A DNA stretch of 64,000 bases from Vicugna vicugna (Eukaryota). The translations under genes and the position numbers were made by a program. Positions 12,041-24,879 of the stretch are shown piece by piece. Numbering within the stretch: the stretch's first letter is position 1; each line of letters starts with the position of its first letter. The stretch spans positions 5,409,779-5,473,778 of the forward strand of contig MU058198.1 of the NCBI GenBank assembly GCA_013265495.1. The letters run 5' to 3'. The notes beneath the pieces were generated by a model. The model was not told the origin of the DNA and did not search any database. It saw only the letters and a list, made by a program, of their open reading frames with translations.

Positions 12041-12521
12041 TAAATCTCAGGCCTGGATGGCATCCACCCAAGGGTTTTCAAAGAACTCAAGGGTGAAATT
12101 GGGGAAGTGTTGGCCAAAATATGGAACAGAGCTTTACAAATGGCTGTTCTGCTGAGAAACGGAGCAGAACCAGCCTGCACCCCGCCCACAAGGCAGTACC
12201 TGGGAGTCCCAGGTCAGTGAAGGGAGCCTCACCCCGTACCAGGTCACCTGGGCACTCTAGGATGGATGGAGAAATCGACAGAGGAACAGGACTACAGCGC
12301 TACGAGCCTGTAGCCTGCTTGTTTCTCAGGGGCAGTCCTGCTTCATTCATTCACTTGTGTGAAGTGGGTTTTCCAAAGGAGTGTTGGTAAGGGTCTACCA
12401 CCCAAGACTCTTGAATCAAGAGAAACTGGTTTGGGGATGGAGGGAAAAGTTTTAATAAGGCTTTGGGACTGGCTTATGGAAAAAAGAAGAATTCCTATGC
12501 TTTTCTATCAATGGGAAATTT
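12041..12521 (+). mobile_element. CR1/L3-clade LINE reverse-transcriptase remnant
   Basis: 12050 onward translates to GLDGIHPRVFKELKGEIGEVLAKIWN (CR1: GPDGIHPRVLKEL). 12428 onward translates to GLGMEGKVLIRLWDWL and 12507 onward to INGKF (CR1: HGIRGKVLSWIENWL...INGQF). Frameshifted. Confidence 0.8.
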
Positions 12522-12829
12522 GTTTCTAAATTAATTGCAAACAGTGGGGTTGGAGTCCCTGTCGTCCATTACTGGACTCTGTGATAGTCCAGCCTTCACC
12601 TCCCTTGGGTCACCCTCCCAGAGCCTGGGACACCTCGCTGTCCCAGATCTGGATATTTTAGCATGATTCTTCCACCAATGGACTGTCCAAAACACCTCAA
12701 ATGTGAATCCCTGCTGCATTGGCCTTCATTTCAAGACCTTTCTAGAATCTATCTGTTTGCCCCCAATATTTTTCCTATTGAAATTCATCTCTCTTTTATC
12801 TCATTTTCCTAATCAGAATCTCTCAGTCA

Positions 12830-13040
12830 ACAATTTAGTCATCCTCATCCTGAAATATGTATGCTGGTTCTGGGTACACACTCGAACATGGGGCATCAAC
12901 AAAATTGAGTCTTCTAGAAAAGTTCAACCAAAGTAAAGAAGAGCTGTAGACCGTGGAAAGTTGAGAGAAACAGAGATGCTTGGGCATAGACAAAAGACAA
13001 TGATTTCTATTTGCAGAAGAGATAATTTGGAAGTGGTCCA
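12830..13040 (+). mobile_element. CR1/L3 ORF2 C-terminal remnant
   Basis: LVILILKYVCWFWVHTRTWGINKIES resembles the CR1/L3 motif [25 protein letters not shown]. Confidence 0.6.
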
Positions 13041-13069
13041 CATGAGAGGAATTCAAGTTCACTCAGCCA

Positions 13070-13335
13070 TCAATTCTTTATTTCAACAAAGTTTAATCAA
13101 ACACCCACTATGTGCCAACACCCTGCCAGGTACGAGGGAGAAATCAGCGAATAAGACAGAAAGGACCCTGATCTCATGGAGTTTATATACTAGTGAAGCC
13201 AAAACAATCAAATAGATAGATGAATGAAGACCGTAAGTGTATACAGTCATGAAATTAATAAAACAATGTGATCAAAAGTGGTAGGGCAGGAGCTATTTTA
13301 GGTTGAGTGGTTAAAGAAGGCTTCTGCAAGGAGAT
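13070..13335 (-). mobile_element. L2 3' fragment
   Basis: tttcaacaaagtttaatcaaacacccactatgtgcca...ccctgatctcatggagtttata...ggttaaagaaggcttct. Confidence 0.7.
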
Positions 13336-15106
13336 ACCTCTTTATGAAGAACCAAACTCCTCAATGAATTAAATGTAGCCTCAGGTAGATTCCTGAGCCT
13401 TAACAATGCAGAAAGTCTTCCAAAGTAGGCATTTGGCCAAAGAGATGTCCTGAATTTCAGTGCTTCAGTGAACCCACACGAATATTAGCATGTCTAAGAC
13501 ATGCCCTGAGGAAGGTTCCCATTTGATCCAACTATAAAACCATGGCCATTGAAAAGCTAGAGAGATATGGTCATGGCGTCTTTTAGGAAAAGATCCCACC
13601 TCAACTTTGGACCCAAGGATACGACTGTGTAACAGTCCTTATGGGAAATGAAAGGTAGTAACTAACCATTATTATTATTACCTATCGTTCCTAAGTAAGC
13701 TATACCCTGTTTCCCTTCCAAAATATAAGGAGCAAATTAACGAAGGGAAGAAAACTCAACCATCCCTCCATTTCTTGTTAAAAGTTATTTTTTGTTTAAA
13801 CCAACCCTGCTAGACTGTTTCACAGAATAGTTACAAGCATACCCTAGGTGTTCTAAAACATAAAGGAAGATGTGATTAGATGCCAGCATGGTCCCGCCAT
13901 TTCTGCCCTAAGGGAAGTAAAGAAAGGGATCAGAACACGTCCGCTCCCTCTTTTGGTGTGGCCACTGGTCACAGTCAGTCAGACAGGCTCAGCTGGGGGG
14001 TCTTGGGTTACTCTACTGACATTTGCTCCATTGACCAAATAAACAGTGGAATCTAGGACTGGTCAGACAGTTGACGAACCCACTTTCAAGCAAGAACTGT
14101 ACAGAGATAACTTGACACTGCATTTGAAAAACAACAGAGGTAGAATTAAACTCTTTGACTAGTCTTTGTCTCCTAATATCCCGCCATTTCACCTACTATA
14201 ACCTCAAAGTGTCTAACCGTGGTTTGTTTTAGAAGACGTTGCAATCCCAACCTTGAGAGACTCCAAGGTAAGACCAGGGACAGGCTTCAGTGATGATTGT
14301 TATCGACGATCAATCCAGAGTGAGAATTTTTTTAAAAATTCCCTCATTGTTCTCAACACCTCATCAGGCAAAAACTTAAAAATGGAATGTAATTAAAATC
14401 ACATCTTTGACCCAATTCAAAGAAATCTTCTTCAAGGCATGCTGGAATTGTGACACATTAAGCAAGACTCTCTGGGTGCCAGGAGCTGCTATTGGAAATA
14501 TAGAATAAACTTGAGGGTATCAGACGACTGCAGGAACCCCCAAACATTAATTTTAGTCACAGTTGGCTGTACCACATCAACCTATAAACACCTTTCCACT
14601 TTCAATTAACATTGCTCGGTCTCCTGTCTCACTGAATATTATATTTAACTAATTTAAGAGGATTGGTAAAGAGAGTTTTCACACTTCACAGGAAAACATA
14701 ATGAAATAATTATACCTCTACCTACAAAAGGCATGAGAATATTCCATAAGCAGCCTTCAAGGCTTTTCAACTAAAGTCTCTTTCCTGTGTCTTCTGTCTG
14801 AAGGTGTGTGCCTGATCTTTCACTTAGATGCACTTTGCTTCTACATCCTTGTGCTTATACTTACATTGCAGAATGCTTGATTACTTTTGGAGATTCCAGT
14901 ACTGGTATATTTTTTGGCCACTGAGTATATCAGCTGACTTATACACCTCAGGTGGGATTAGGTGCATGATAGACTGGGACACCACCAGGAACATGTGTTG
15001 ATGGAGAGGAATGGAATTGAGATTGGGGCTGGGAAAAGTAATCCATAAATTTGTTCTTAATATAGGTGTGGCCTGTGGAACAAAGTTTAATGTTAGCATC
15101 CTAGTC

Positions 15107-15550
15107 TGTGTATCAGTCAGCTAGTGACACAATAATGCTATGTAACAAACTATCTCAAAACACAGTGTCTTACAAACACAAGCATTTTTTCGCATGCAGA
15201 TGGATTCTGAAGAACAGTGGTATCTCAAATGACTATCAGGCTGCAGGTTGGCTGGCCTTACTTCCAAGCTATACGTTGGGGGAAAGTCTGCTCCACATTT
15301 TTGGGCCCAGGTTAAAAGGGCAGTAACTACTCAGTGCATGTTCTTCTCATGGTTATCACAGGAGCTCCAGAGGGAAGCCAGACCATGCAAGTACACTTAA
15401 GACCCCTGCTTATGTGATGCCAGCCAATATCCCTTTGGCTAAAGAGGTCACATGGCCAACCCCCAAATCCAGGGACTGGGAAGTATATATCACCTTAGGG
15501 GCAGGGGGTAAGGTAATAAACATTTGCTGAACTATAATCTGATCCTTCAC
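15107..15550 (-). mobile_element. MLT1-family (ERVL-MaLR) solo LTR
   Basis: tgtgtatcagtcagcta...aataatgctatgtaacaaact...ttggctaaagaggtcacatggcca is typical of MLT1H/I/J in reverse complement. Confidence 0.7.
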
Positions 15551-16227
15551 AGCCACCAAGGGCCAATCCAGAGGGCAGAGTGGGCAGTAGGTAAAGAGAC
15601 AAAGACTGCTCAAAATCAGGATAGGCACTAAGGAGAAAGACCAGTGAAATAGAGGGCTATGGTCCCAACCAATCCAGTGAAGTTTCAGTATAACTTGGGA
15701 GCCAGAGAGTTAGGAAAACAGGAAGGAGCCCAAACTTTGAGGCGGAACGTAATGAACAGACTGTCAAGTGCACATCAGTAAGACTAACGTGCAGCCCAAG
15801 TTGGGTTGAGCCGAGCTGCCGACATGTCTCCCACCCAGGCAGCACTTCCTAGCATCCAGGCTGGGGGAGCCTGCAGGGGAGGTCTTGCTGGCACCATCTT
15901 AGTCGAGCTGGAGAAGATGGGAGGGAAAACACACCCTGGACCCCCTCAGAGAGCCTACATGGAATGAAGCAAGATGTTATGATACGATTTTTCCCCCCTG
16001 GGTTTCTAGTGCCATTTATTAAAAAATAAAAATTGTACATATTTAAGATGTACCACGTGATGATTTGATATACATAGTGAAGTGATTAGTACAGTCAGGC
16101 TAATTCACGTACCTGGAATCAGTGTTCAGAACAAAGGGATCACAGAAAACCAAAAGGGAAACATGGACAGCAGAGAAGGGACTGCAGCCCCTACAGACCT
16201 TTGTACAAAGCGTGAAAAGTGCCTAGT

Positions 16228-16953
16228 TCACTGCTGGTGGGAATGTAGTTTGGTGCAGCCATTATGGAAAACAGTATGGAGAGTCCTCAAAATATTAGAA
16301 ATAGAGTTAACCATATGATCCAGCAATCCCACTCCTGGGTATATATCCAGAGGGAACTCTAATTTGAAAAGATACACGCACCCCAATGTTCATAGCAGCA
16401 CTATTTACAATAGCCAAGACATGGAAGCAACCTAAATGTCCACCGATAGATGACTGGATAAAGAAGTTGCGGTTTTATACAATGGAATACTACTCAGCCA
16501 TAAAAAGGAATAAAATAATGCCATTTGCAGCCACATGGATGGACCTAGAGATCATCATTCTAAGTGAAGTAAGCCAGAAAGAAGAAGAAAAATACCATAT
16601 GACGCTACTCATATGTGGAGTCTGAAAAAAAAAAGGACACTATGAACTCATCTACAAAACAGAAACAGACTCACAGACATAGTAAACAGTCTTATGGTTA
16701 CCAGGTAAAGGGGGTGGAAAGGGATAAATTTGGGAGTTTGAGACTTACAAATGCTAGCTGCTATATATAAAAACAGATTTTTAAAAGTTTCTTCTATATA
16801 GCACAGGGAATTATGTTCAGTATCTTATAATAAACTTTAATGAAAAAATATGGAAGCAAATATATGTACGCATGTGCATGACTGGGGCACTGTGCGGTAT
16901 ACCAGAAATGGACACAATGTCATTGACTGTACTTCAATTAAAAAAAAAAAAAA
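16228..16953 (+). mobile_element. 5'-truncated L1 (ORF2 C-terminus and 3' UTR, poly(A))
   Basis: Translated pieces HCWWECSLVQPLWKTVWR and [19 protein letters not shown] are L1 ORF2 C-terminal motifs. Ends in a poly(A) tail. Confidence 0.95.
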
Positions 16954-17184
16954 GGTAAGCCAACCTGCATGACCATTGCTGAGGGGCTGTTGAAGGGCTG
17001 TTGAAGGCATGTGCAGGAGGCATGATGGCTCCTCCCAGCAATGAGCTCAGCTCTACCAAGCAAGGAAGTGACTCGCCCTCGCCCTCTCTCCCTCCGTGTC
17101 ACACCCTGCACCAAAGACAGAACAGCTAGTGAGCGATCACCCTAACTGGCCAGTCAGCACCCACGGTTAGAGCGTTACAAAGCT

Positions 17185-17375
17185 GTGAAAACAACAGGCG
17201 CTCACACTATGTGCCAGACGTTGTCCTAAGTCTGCATGCATCCATTCACCTTGCCCTACAGTAGGCCTGGGAAATTCGAGCAAGACAAAGCTCAGGGGAG
17301 TTAATCATTTGCCCAGGGTTTCACCGCGAGGGAGCAGAGCTGGGGTTAGAACGCAGGTAGCCGAGGCAGAGGTCC
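17185..17375 (-). mobile_element. MIR SINE
   Basis: cactatgtgccagacg...aagctcaggggagttaatcatttgcccaggg...gcagagctggggttagaacgcagg. Confidence 0.65.
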
Positions 17376-18349
17376 TGCTCCTCATTACCATCCCGTCCTG
17401 CCCCAGGAAGGAGGGCTGGGTGCCCATCGGGAACAGGCAGCTCAGAATTTGCAAGAAACTGGAGTAAATAATTGCAATAGAGGGGAAGCAAGAAAGATTG
17501 TGGACCACGCACACTTCACAACATACAGGTTCACATAAACGTGTATGCGGCAAAGCTAAGGGTAGAGTAAGTTGCGTTCTCTCCTTTCCAAGGGCCATGT
17601 TCAGTCTCACCATTTTAAAGAAAATTTTCATGAAGTCCTTATTAAAGGATCTTCTGGTAAAGATGAAAAAAATAAAACTATCACAGAATATTGCTCGCTT
17701 AATATGAATGAAATCAGCAAACAATAGTAAGAATAATCAAAAAGATGATCAGTAATAATTATGACAGTAACAAGAATGAATGAAAGAACAACTTCATGCC
17801 ACGATCTTCAAAACGCTTCATCAAGAAAACAGAAGTTTTGGAGCAGTCAGACTCCTAACCTCCAGCCACGCCCCAGCGGTGGTCCTGGCGAGTCCACAGA
17901 AGCCTGTGTATCCTCCGTAATCAGTCAGGAGATGAGCGGATGGAGGTGGGGCGCTCATTTCCTCCGCTGACTGTGAGGCTGGGCACGTGGGCTGCCGTGT
18001 GGAACGGAAGAGAGAACAAGTGCTGACACCTCTGACGGGGACAAAGCCTCATGTCACCACTTTGAACTGGGAGCAGCCTGAAGGCAGAAGGAATCCATCC
18101 CACGTAGTGAGTGGAGCCTGACACAGAGCAATTCAACAGTCTCAAGGAAGAAAACAGAGTCTGGTTGTTCTGGAACTGCGCTCACCCCACCTGCCAGCTC
18201 ACCTGGCCTCGGGCTGCAGAGAAGTAGCTGGAACACAAAAATTCCATCCCTCACACTGTGGCTTGGGAGGCAAACAAACCGGTCTGGAAACAGAATAAGG
18301 GAAAACTCAGCCATACTCTATCAGAACAAGTAGGCGTAAGAACAAAACA

Positions 18350-19930
18350 GAAAGAAAACGTACAGCAACAATGCAAACCGGCTGTGAGGGTCAAAGAGAA
18401 AAAGGAAGAAACGTGGAATGGAAAACAGAAATGAGGGACACTCTCTGGAAGAAAACACCCGAAGGAACAGGAGGAAACACTGCACAGATGCTTCATGGCC
18501 GAGAATGTAGTTAGAACATGATGTCAGCAAAGCGGGAATCCGAAGACAAAATGATTTTCTCAAAGAATGAGGCACATGGGAAGACTGCAGAGCAAAGAAG
18601 GCAAATTGAGAACAAATAATATTCATGCAGAATTAGTCGTTTAGAGCCATCCAAGGATAAAGTAGATGGAGCCGAAAACTGATTTACTAACCTGGAAGAA
18701 AGTCTTGACAGAATTAGAGTCAAAAACAGATAAATAAGACCACGAGATTAAAGCATGTAGACAGAGAGCAGGCAAGTCAGGAGGGCAAAGTCATTCAATA
18801 TTAAGATCATCGATGTGCCCGCAGTACAGAAATCAACAAACACTAAAAGAAAAAACACAGACATATTAGAGGAAAAAATTCCAGAATTCAGAAGGAAAAA
18901 CTGAATCTGCAGAAAGTGCTTATCCTCTTCCAGGAAGAGTGGGTACAGAGAATACAATCCCAGGGCATCTTTGCATCTTACTCAACTTCAGTAATATGGG
19001 CAGATAAAGAGCAAGCCCTGTACAAGAGGAAAAATCAAGGTGACTTCAGACTTTTTCACTTTTCCAAACATCAGGAAGAAAATGGAGCAATGCTCATATA
19101 GGTTCAAAGAGAAAGAACTATAGCTACAGGATGCTCCTTCGTGTACTCAGCATAAAGGCAACAGGACCACCATTCTGTATGAATGTTTAGTTCCCCTTTA
19201 GGGTGAAATAAATCAGAAATCATAGCACTCCTGAGCTCATCTCGAATAATGATGTGATAATAAAAATCTTGCCAGTGAAGGCAAAACAGAGAACGTAGGA
19301 ATGAGGAACTCTGGTAAGCAAACTTGTGGGCACAGAGTCCACTTAATTTTAGAGTCTAGACTCAGTAGCCTGGGTGTGAGTGTTCCAGAATGGAGGATAA
19401 ATTAGTACATGGTGGTGAAGTTAAAGTAGAGACATAATTAACAAAAATCAACAAGGTTGGGGACCTTGGGTAGGATATACCACTGCTTCTGTTTCTTTGT
19501 CCTTCTTATCAAGAGACACTCCATACTGCCCAAAATTAAAACATGAAGTTAAAAAAAAATACTGACTTCTGCCTCCGTCAATGCTTTTTTCTTAACCTTA
19601 GGGGGCTCTTATGAGGACAAATATTTATGGTGAAGAATTAAACTCTAGCAAATACTTCAGTTTAAAATTGCTTTTTCTTCCATTTCATTCAGGAAAGTTT
19701 AATTTAAAAACTGTTATTTAAATAGCAAATACATTATAATTCTATTTATGACAGTATCTCTGTCTGTCTATCTTTCTGGGTACAGACTAGAGAGCTGTCT
19801 GGAATGCTATGCATTTTCTGTTGACAGTGGTTATTTTTAGGCATTAAGATTTGGGGTGATTTATTTTACTTCCTTCTTCCTACTTCAGCACTGTTTGAAT
19901 TACTTATAATGAGCTGGTACAGTTTTTAAA
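18350..19930 (+). mobile_element. Ancient L1 ORF1-only element, HAL1-like
   Basis: Degraded ORF1p motifs: DKVDGAEN*FTNLEE (coiled-coil end), NIKIIDVP (18797-18820), IKVTSDFF (19034-19057) and RKWSNA (19077 onward). No ORF2 follows. Confidence 0.65.
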
Positions 19931-20169
19931 ATGCAGTCATTCTTTTAAAAATGAAGAACTCACACCAGCATTGTTATATAAAGATACTTTTTCCAGGGTA
20001 AACAGAGAGGAACACCAGGTAAGCAGAATCCTTTACTAACGCCAGCATCCCAAGACTTCTTTCTGTCCAGATGTGCTCTGCCTTCTAGGATGGCTGAGCA
20101 CAGAACCCTCTCAGGGTCATAAAAAGGAGAAGTCCTTCATAAGAAAATGGGAAGTGAATTAAAAACAGT

Positions 20170-20445
20170 AAGTAGCTACAATGCATTGACTGTTGTTATG
20201 AACCAGACATCGTTCTAAAGACTGTACATTGACATTCTAATTTAATTATGACCATAATCCTAATCCTGATTAAGTTATGACCATACATTGATATTCTAAT
20301 TTAAGTATGATCATCATCTTGTTAAGCAGGCACTGTTTTATAACTCTCAATAGTCTGCACAAGGAGCCTGTGGCTCGGAGAGGGTAAGTGACCTGCCCAG
20401 GGCCACCTCAGAGGTGATTCCAAACCTGAGTTCTTAACCACTGTG
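20170..20445 (-). mobile_element. MIR SINE with internal duplication
   Basis: ggctcggagagggtaagtgacctgcccagggccac...ttcttaaccactgtgc is MIR core. Confidence 0.7.
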
Positions 20446-20729
20446 CATCCGTTTTTCTAAAAGGTGACCAGGGCTCTAGAAGTCCGTGGGTGTGACCCGC
20501 CTGTGATTCCTGAAGGCTGTTAGTTCCACACAAACGGTCAGGTGGCATACCTAACATTGGAGCGAGGTTGTGTCTGCTCACAAAAGTATCTCTCAGTAGG
20601 ACGATATCCAGATGTTACTATCAAAACCTGGCTCCCCTGCCCCACTCTCCTCTCCCTTTAGAATGCATGATGGTCATGGACAAGCACAAGGATAAACAGT
20701 GGCTGACAGTCAATCTCAGTGCTGGGGAC

Positions 20730-21000
20730 ACAATCGAGAGTGGTGGGGACTGAGGCAAATCTGGAGAATCAAGTGCCATCTAAAGAGTAAAGCTACCACT
20801 CAGCTCCAGCTGGTTGAGGTCAGATGGGAACTACATGTCTAAAACTGCCAGATTTTCCAATTTTTCAGGAGAAGCCAGAAATCCAAATGTTCACATAAAA
20901 ATCCCAATTTTTAAAAGCAGGCAACTAATTTAAAATAACTTGGAAAACTACATGGGCCACACAAACTCATATTTCTAACATCCACTAGTTTGAGATCTCT
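20730..21000. mobile_element. hAT-Charlie DNA transposon remnant (MER102-like)
   Basis: gccagattttccaatttttcaggagaagccagaaatcc...ggcaactaatt...gggccacacaaa resembles the recalled MER102 consensus. Confidence 0.55.
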
Positions 21001-21014
21001 GTCGCAAGGCAAGT

Positions 21015-21900
21015 TAACAAAATGAAAAGGCAGCCTACAGTTTGGGAGAAAAATATTTGCAAATCACGTATCAGATAAGAAGTTAATATCCAAAATATAT
21101 AAGGAATTCACGTAACTCAATAGCAAATAAACAGACAACCAGATTAAAAGAGGGTAATAGGACATTTTCCAAAGAAGACTTACAAGTGGCCAACAGACAC
21201 ATGAAAAGGTGCTCAACATGGAAATGGAAATCAAAACCACAGTGAGGTGTCACCTCACACACCTGTTAGGAGGGCTGTCATCAGGAAGACAAGTGACAAG
21301 TGTTGACAAGGATGTGGCAAAAAGGGAAAATGTGTGCCTTGTTGGTGGGAATGTAAATTTGTATAACCATCATGGAAAACAGCAAGGAAGTCTCTCAAAA
21401 AAAATAAAACATATACCCACCATATAATCTGCCGATCTCTCTTCCGGGTTTACACCCAGAAGAAATAAAATCAGTATCTCAAAGCAATCCCTGTATTTGC
21501 ACACTGATTGCACTGCTCTTCACAGTACCTGAGATACGGAAACAACCTACATGTCCATCAACAAACGAATGGATAAAGAACACACACAATGGAGTGTCAT
21601 TCAGCTTTGAAAAAGAAGAAAGCCTTGCCATGTGCAACCACAGGTATAAACCTGGAGGAGATTATGCTAAATAAAGTCAGACACAGAAAGAAAAGAAGAG
21701 AACCTGCATGATCTTACTTACAGGTGGAATCTAAGAAAGTTGAGTACGTGGAAGCAGAAAGCAGAGTAGTAATTTTTGGGGGAGGGAGAAGAAAGGCGGA
21801 GATGCTGGTCCAAGGGTACAGAGTTGCAGTTATGAGGGATGAGTAAGTCTAGGGTCTCCTGGTGCGGATGCTTTAGATCAACGTGAGAGTGTCTTGAACA
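21015..21900 (+). mobile_element. Old L1 (L1MA/MB-type) 3' fragment
   Basis: aaaatgaaaaggcagcctacag...atcaaaaccacagtgagg...gttggtgggaatgtaaatt...caagggtacagagttgcagttatg. Confidence 0.85.
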
Positions 21901-23539
21901 TGGGAGAGGTGCTTGACTCAGGAAAAGCACTGAAATTCATTAAAGGGAGAGGCTTTCCATTACAGTCCTGGGAAGGGAGCAAAGTGTCCTTCAGTACGGA
22001 AAACAGCTGGCCCTGGCCACACAGAGATGGGGAGGGGAGAGGCTCAGACAGAGATCCAGCAGAAGCCAGCTAGACTTGCGCCTAGCAAAGCTCTCGGCCA
22101 CTGTGGTTGGAATTCTGAGGATCATGAGAAAACACGAACATTTTATGCATTCCTGCGTTTTCCTTGTTTATTTCCCCAGCCCCTCGCACATTTTCAGCGA
22201 TGCGCTTTGTGGAAATGTCAGCCTGTCTCAGCTCTGCTCAAGGGAACAATGAACAGAGCTGCTCCTCCTGACTCGGGCCAAGTGTTCAAGGGGGAGCAGT
22301 GCCCCCTAGGGGACAGCAAGGTGGGGTACGCAGGAGGGAGTGCTGAGCTAGGGAGGGGGGCTCTCCTTCCTTCAGTGGGCATTTACTGGGCACCAGATGT
22401 ACGAGTCCAGGTAAGCAGTAGGTAAACAGGAGGATGGAAACACAAGCAAGACCAGGTCACAAAGGACTTAGGACTTTGGGATTTAGAAGAGTTGGTCTGC
22501 AGCCTTTATATTTTCTCTGGAACTTCCCGTTGACTCAAGTCATCAAAATGAAAGGACGTGAAAGTCCAAAAAATACACCTGGAAACAGAGGAATACAAAT
22601 CTTAATATTTTATTTTCTAATAGAGAAATTCCTTAGAGATGTCACCGGAAGAGGTGGGCAGGACTCATTCATCTGGCTGCTTTTCCTTGCGAACGGGATC
22701 ATTAAGGCATCCAAATTAACTGGGTGTAATCATGAATTAAATCAAGCTCATTTATAAGGGAAACATGGAGGCATCCTTCATCTTAATATCCGGACACGAT
22801 TCTCCTGACTTGAAGGTATAATTCGGAGGAATATGGGGACGAAAAAAAAAATACCTCTGTAGCTTAACCCTGAGTGGAATTGGTAATAGAACACACCATT
22901 TCCCTAGTGAGCTCCCTGCCCTTCCAGTCCTCCTCAGCCGAGCTCATTATTTTATTTCACTACTTGATAGGTTGAGAAATTGCCGGCAAACTGGTTAATT
23001 AGGACTAACGGTGCTTAGTAACTGGGGAGACAATTGCAGTTCGTGAAATTAATGCTGAAATGGTGGGAGCTCATGATTCATCTATTAAAGTGGGTCTAGA
23101 AATGAGGTTCCTCTACCTGTTGTGTCTGTCCTGGTGACCAGGGTAACTGAGCGTTTCTCTGGCTGAGTTTGGGGCTGGTGTGGTGGTAAGAAACAGAAAT
23201 GCAACTGGAGGAAAAAGGGAGGTTCATGGTAAGAACACAAAGGTAACTAATTCTACACGGGACTTCTGGGGACGAATATGAAACTAAGAAAGTGAGGAAT
23301 CAAGGGCATCTCTCATTCCTTGCCTTGGTCCTTCTCTGACCCTCTCAATATGACCAGGTAGGTTCTCCTGTCTCTCTTTCCCTGGGTACTGGCTCCATTC
23401 CTCTCTCTGCATACACCCATCTTCCGCTGAGTCATGGTGTGGTGAACTACTCAACATCCAGTCATTCTTCTTCCAGATGTTTGGGGAGAACATATGATTT
23501 GGTTAAGGTCCCACTGACCAACACTAGGGATGCAACTTG

Positions 23540-23970
23540 CTGCCGGGCCTTAGAGAATCATCTCAACAGGTTCCCTTGGGTTTTAGAAGTTATTCTGGGA
23601 ATGGTCTCATGATCCAACCAGGGTCAATAAAATGCAGTGAGGCTCTGCTGGAACATCTTGGAAAGACACTCTCCATCTTTACCATGAGGTTTCAAGACGC
23701 GGAATATGGGTTTTGGAGTTGCTGGAGTCATCGTGCAATGAGCAAGATAAAGCCTATCTTAGAGTAAAGCCAGCATGCGGAGGAGGGCAGAGCTCCACAA
23801 TAGGAGAGAAATAGACTGTATGACATCATTTGAGCCCCTACATCAAGCAGCACCTGATGCCCACGTTATCCTGGATTTTACAGTTGCCTGAACCAGTCAA
23901 TCCCCTTTTTTGTACGTAAGCTAATGTGCTTTTAGTTTTCTGTCACTTGTGGTAGAAGGAATTCCCAAGG
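23540..23970 (+). mobile_element. MLT1-family LTR (MLT1J-like)
   Basis: tgacatcatttgagccccta...ctggattttacagtt...ttttctgtcacttgt is a typical MLT1 3' half. Confidence 0.6.
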
Positions 23971-24879
23971 AAACGCGTGGCTTTTTAAATCCCCTTTAAC
24001 TTTGCACTGCAAAGTTCTGACCCTGAATCCGGGTGACCTTCCAGTCCAAACACTCACCAGCATCTGACTACAGTTTCTGTGTGTCTTACCTCATATTCTC
24101 AACAAAAGACTCTGATTCAATCATCCCAAGCAAGGAGCGCGGTTCCCGATCCATCCTGATCTAATCAGCCATTAACAGGAGGGGGAGGTCCCATAGTAGA
24201 AACACGGACACTCCTCAGCTGGGGCGGTTGGGGCAGAACAATATCAAAGGAGAGTCTGAATCGACTACGGCACATTTCCTGGGTTCACTAAGCCTACGGA
24301 AAAGGCAAATGGCAACCCCTCCGAATTCACAAGCATCTACCCTTCTGCTTTGGCTGTGGGAGTCTCGCACTGACCTTCAGGCTCCTATGCCAACACTGAC
24401 CGCCTGGGCCTCGAGTGAGCCCCCAGGGAGCCCCCACTATGCTAAAGGAAGGAATCTGGTTCGTTAACATGTGTCCTTAGCAAATGTTTGCTGGGCCCTG
24501 GCCTCTAGCCTAGGCAATAAAAATAAAAACCAGAAGGCTTGAGAGTCTGTGCCTGCCTTTAGCAGGAACTGGGTGTCCTGGGGCAAGTTATGTAAGATGT
24601 CTGAGACTCAGCCTCTTCATCCTGAAAAGACGAGGTGACAATCCTTCCTCTGTTACCCCACAATGAGGCTGGTCTCCTGGAGCACCCTGCTGCCTGCTGC
24701 CCCCTTTGCTGTCAGACGATGTGTTCTAAGCACTGTGCCCGGAAGACGGTCAGCAGAAGCAGGCTGCTTCAGCGCACGCGTGGACTGCAGTGGGTTTGCG
24801 GACCCTGCCCAGAGCAGACGCTCTCCGTGTGGAGAGAATGTGTGGAGACTCTTCTCTGCCTGCCTTGCCCCTGCATCAT

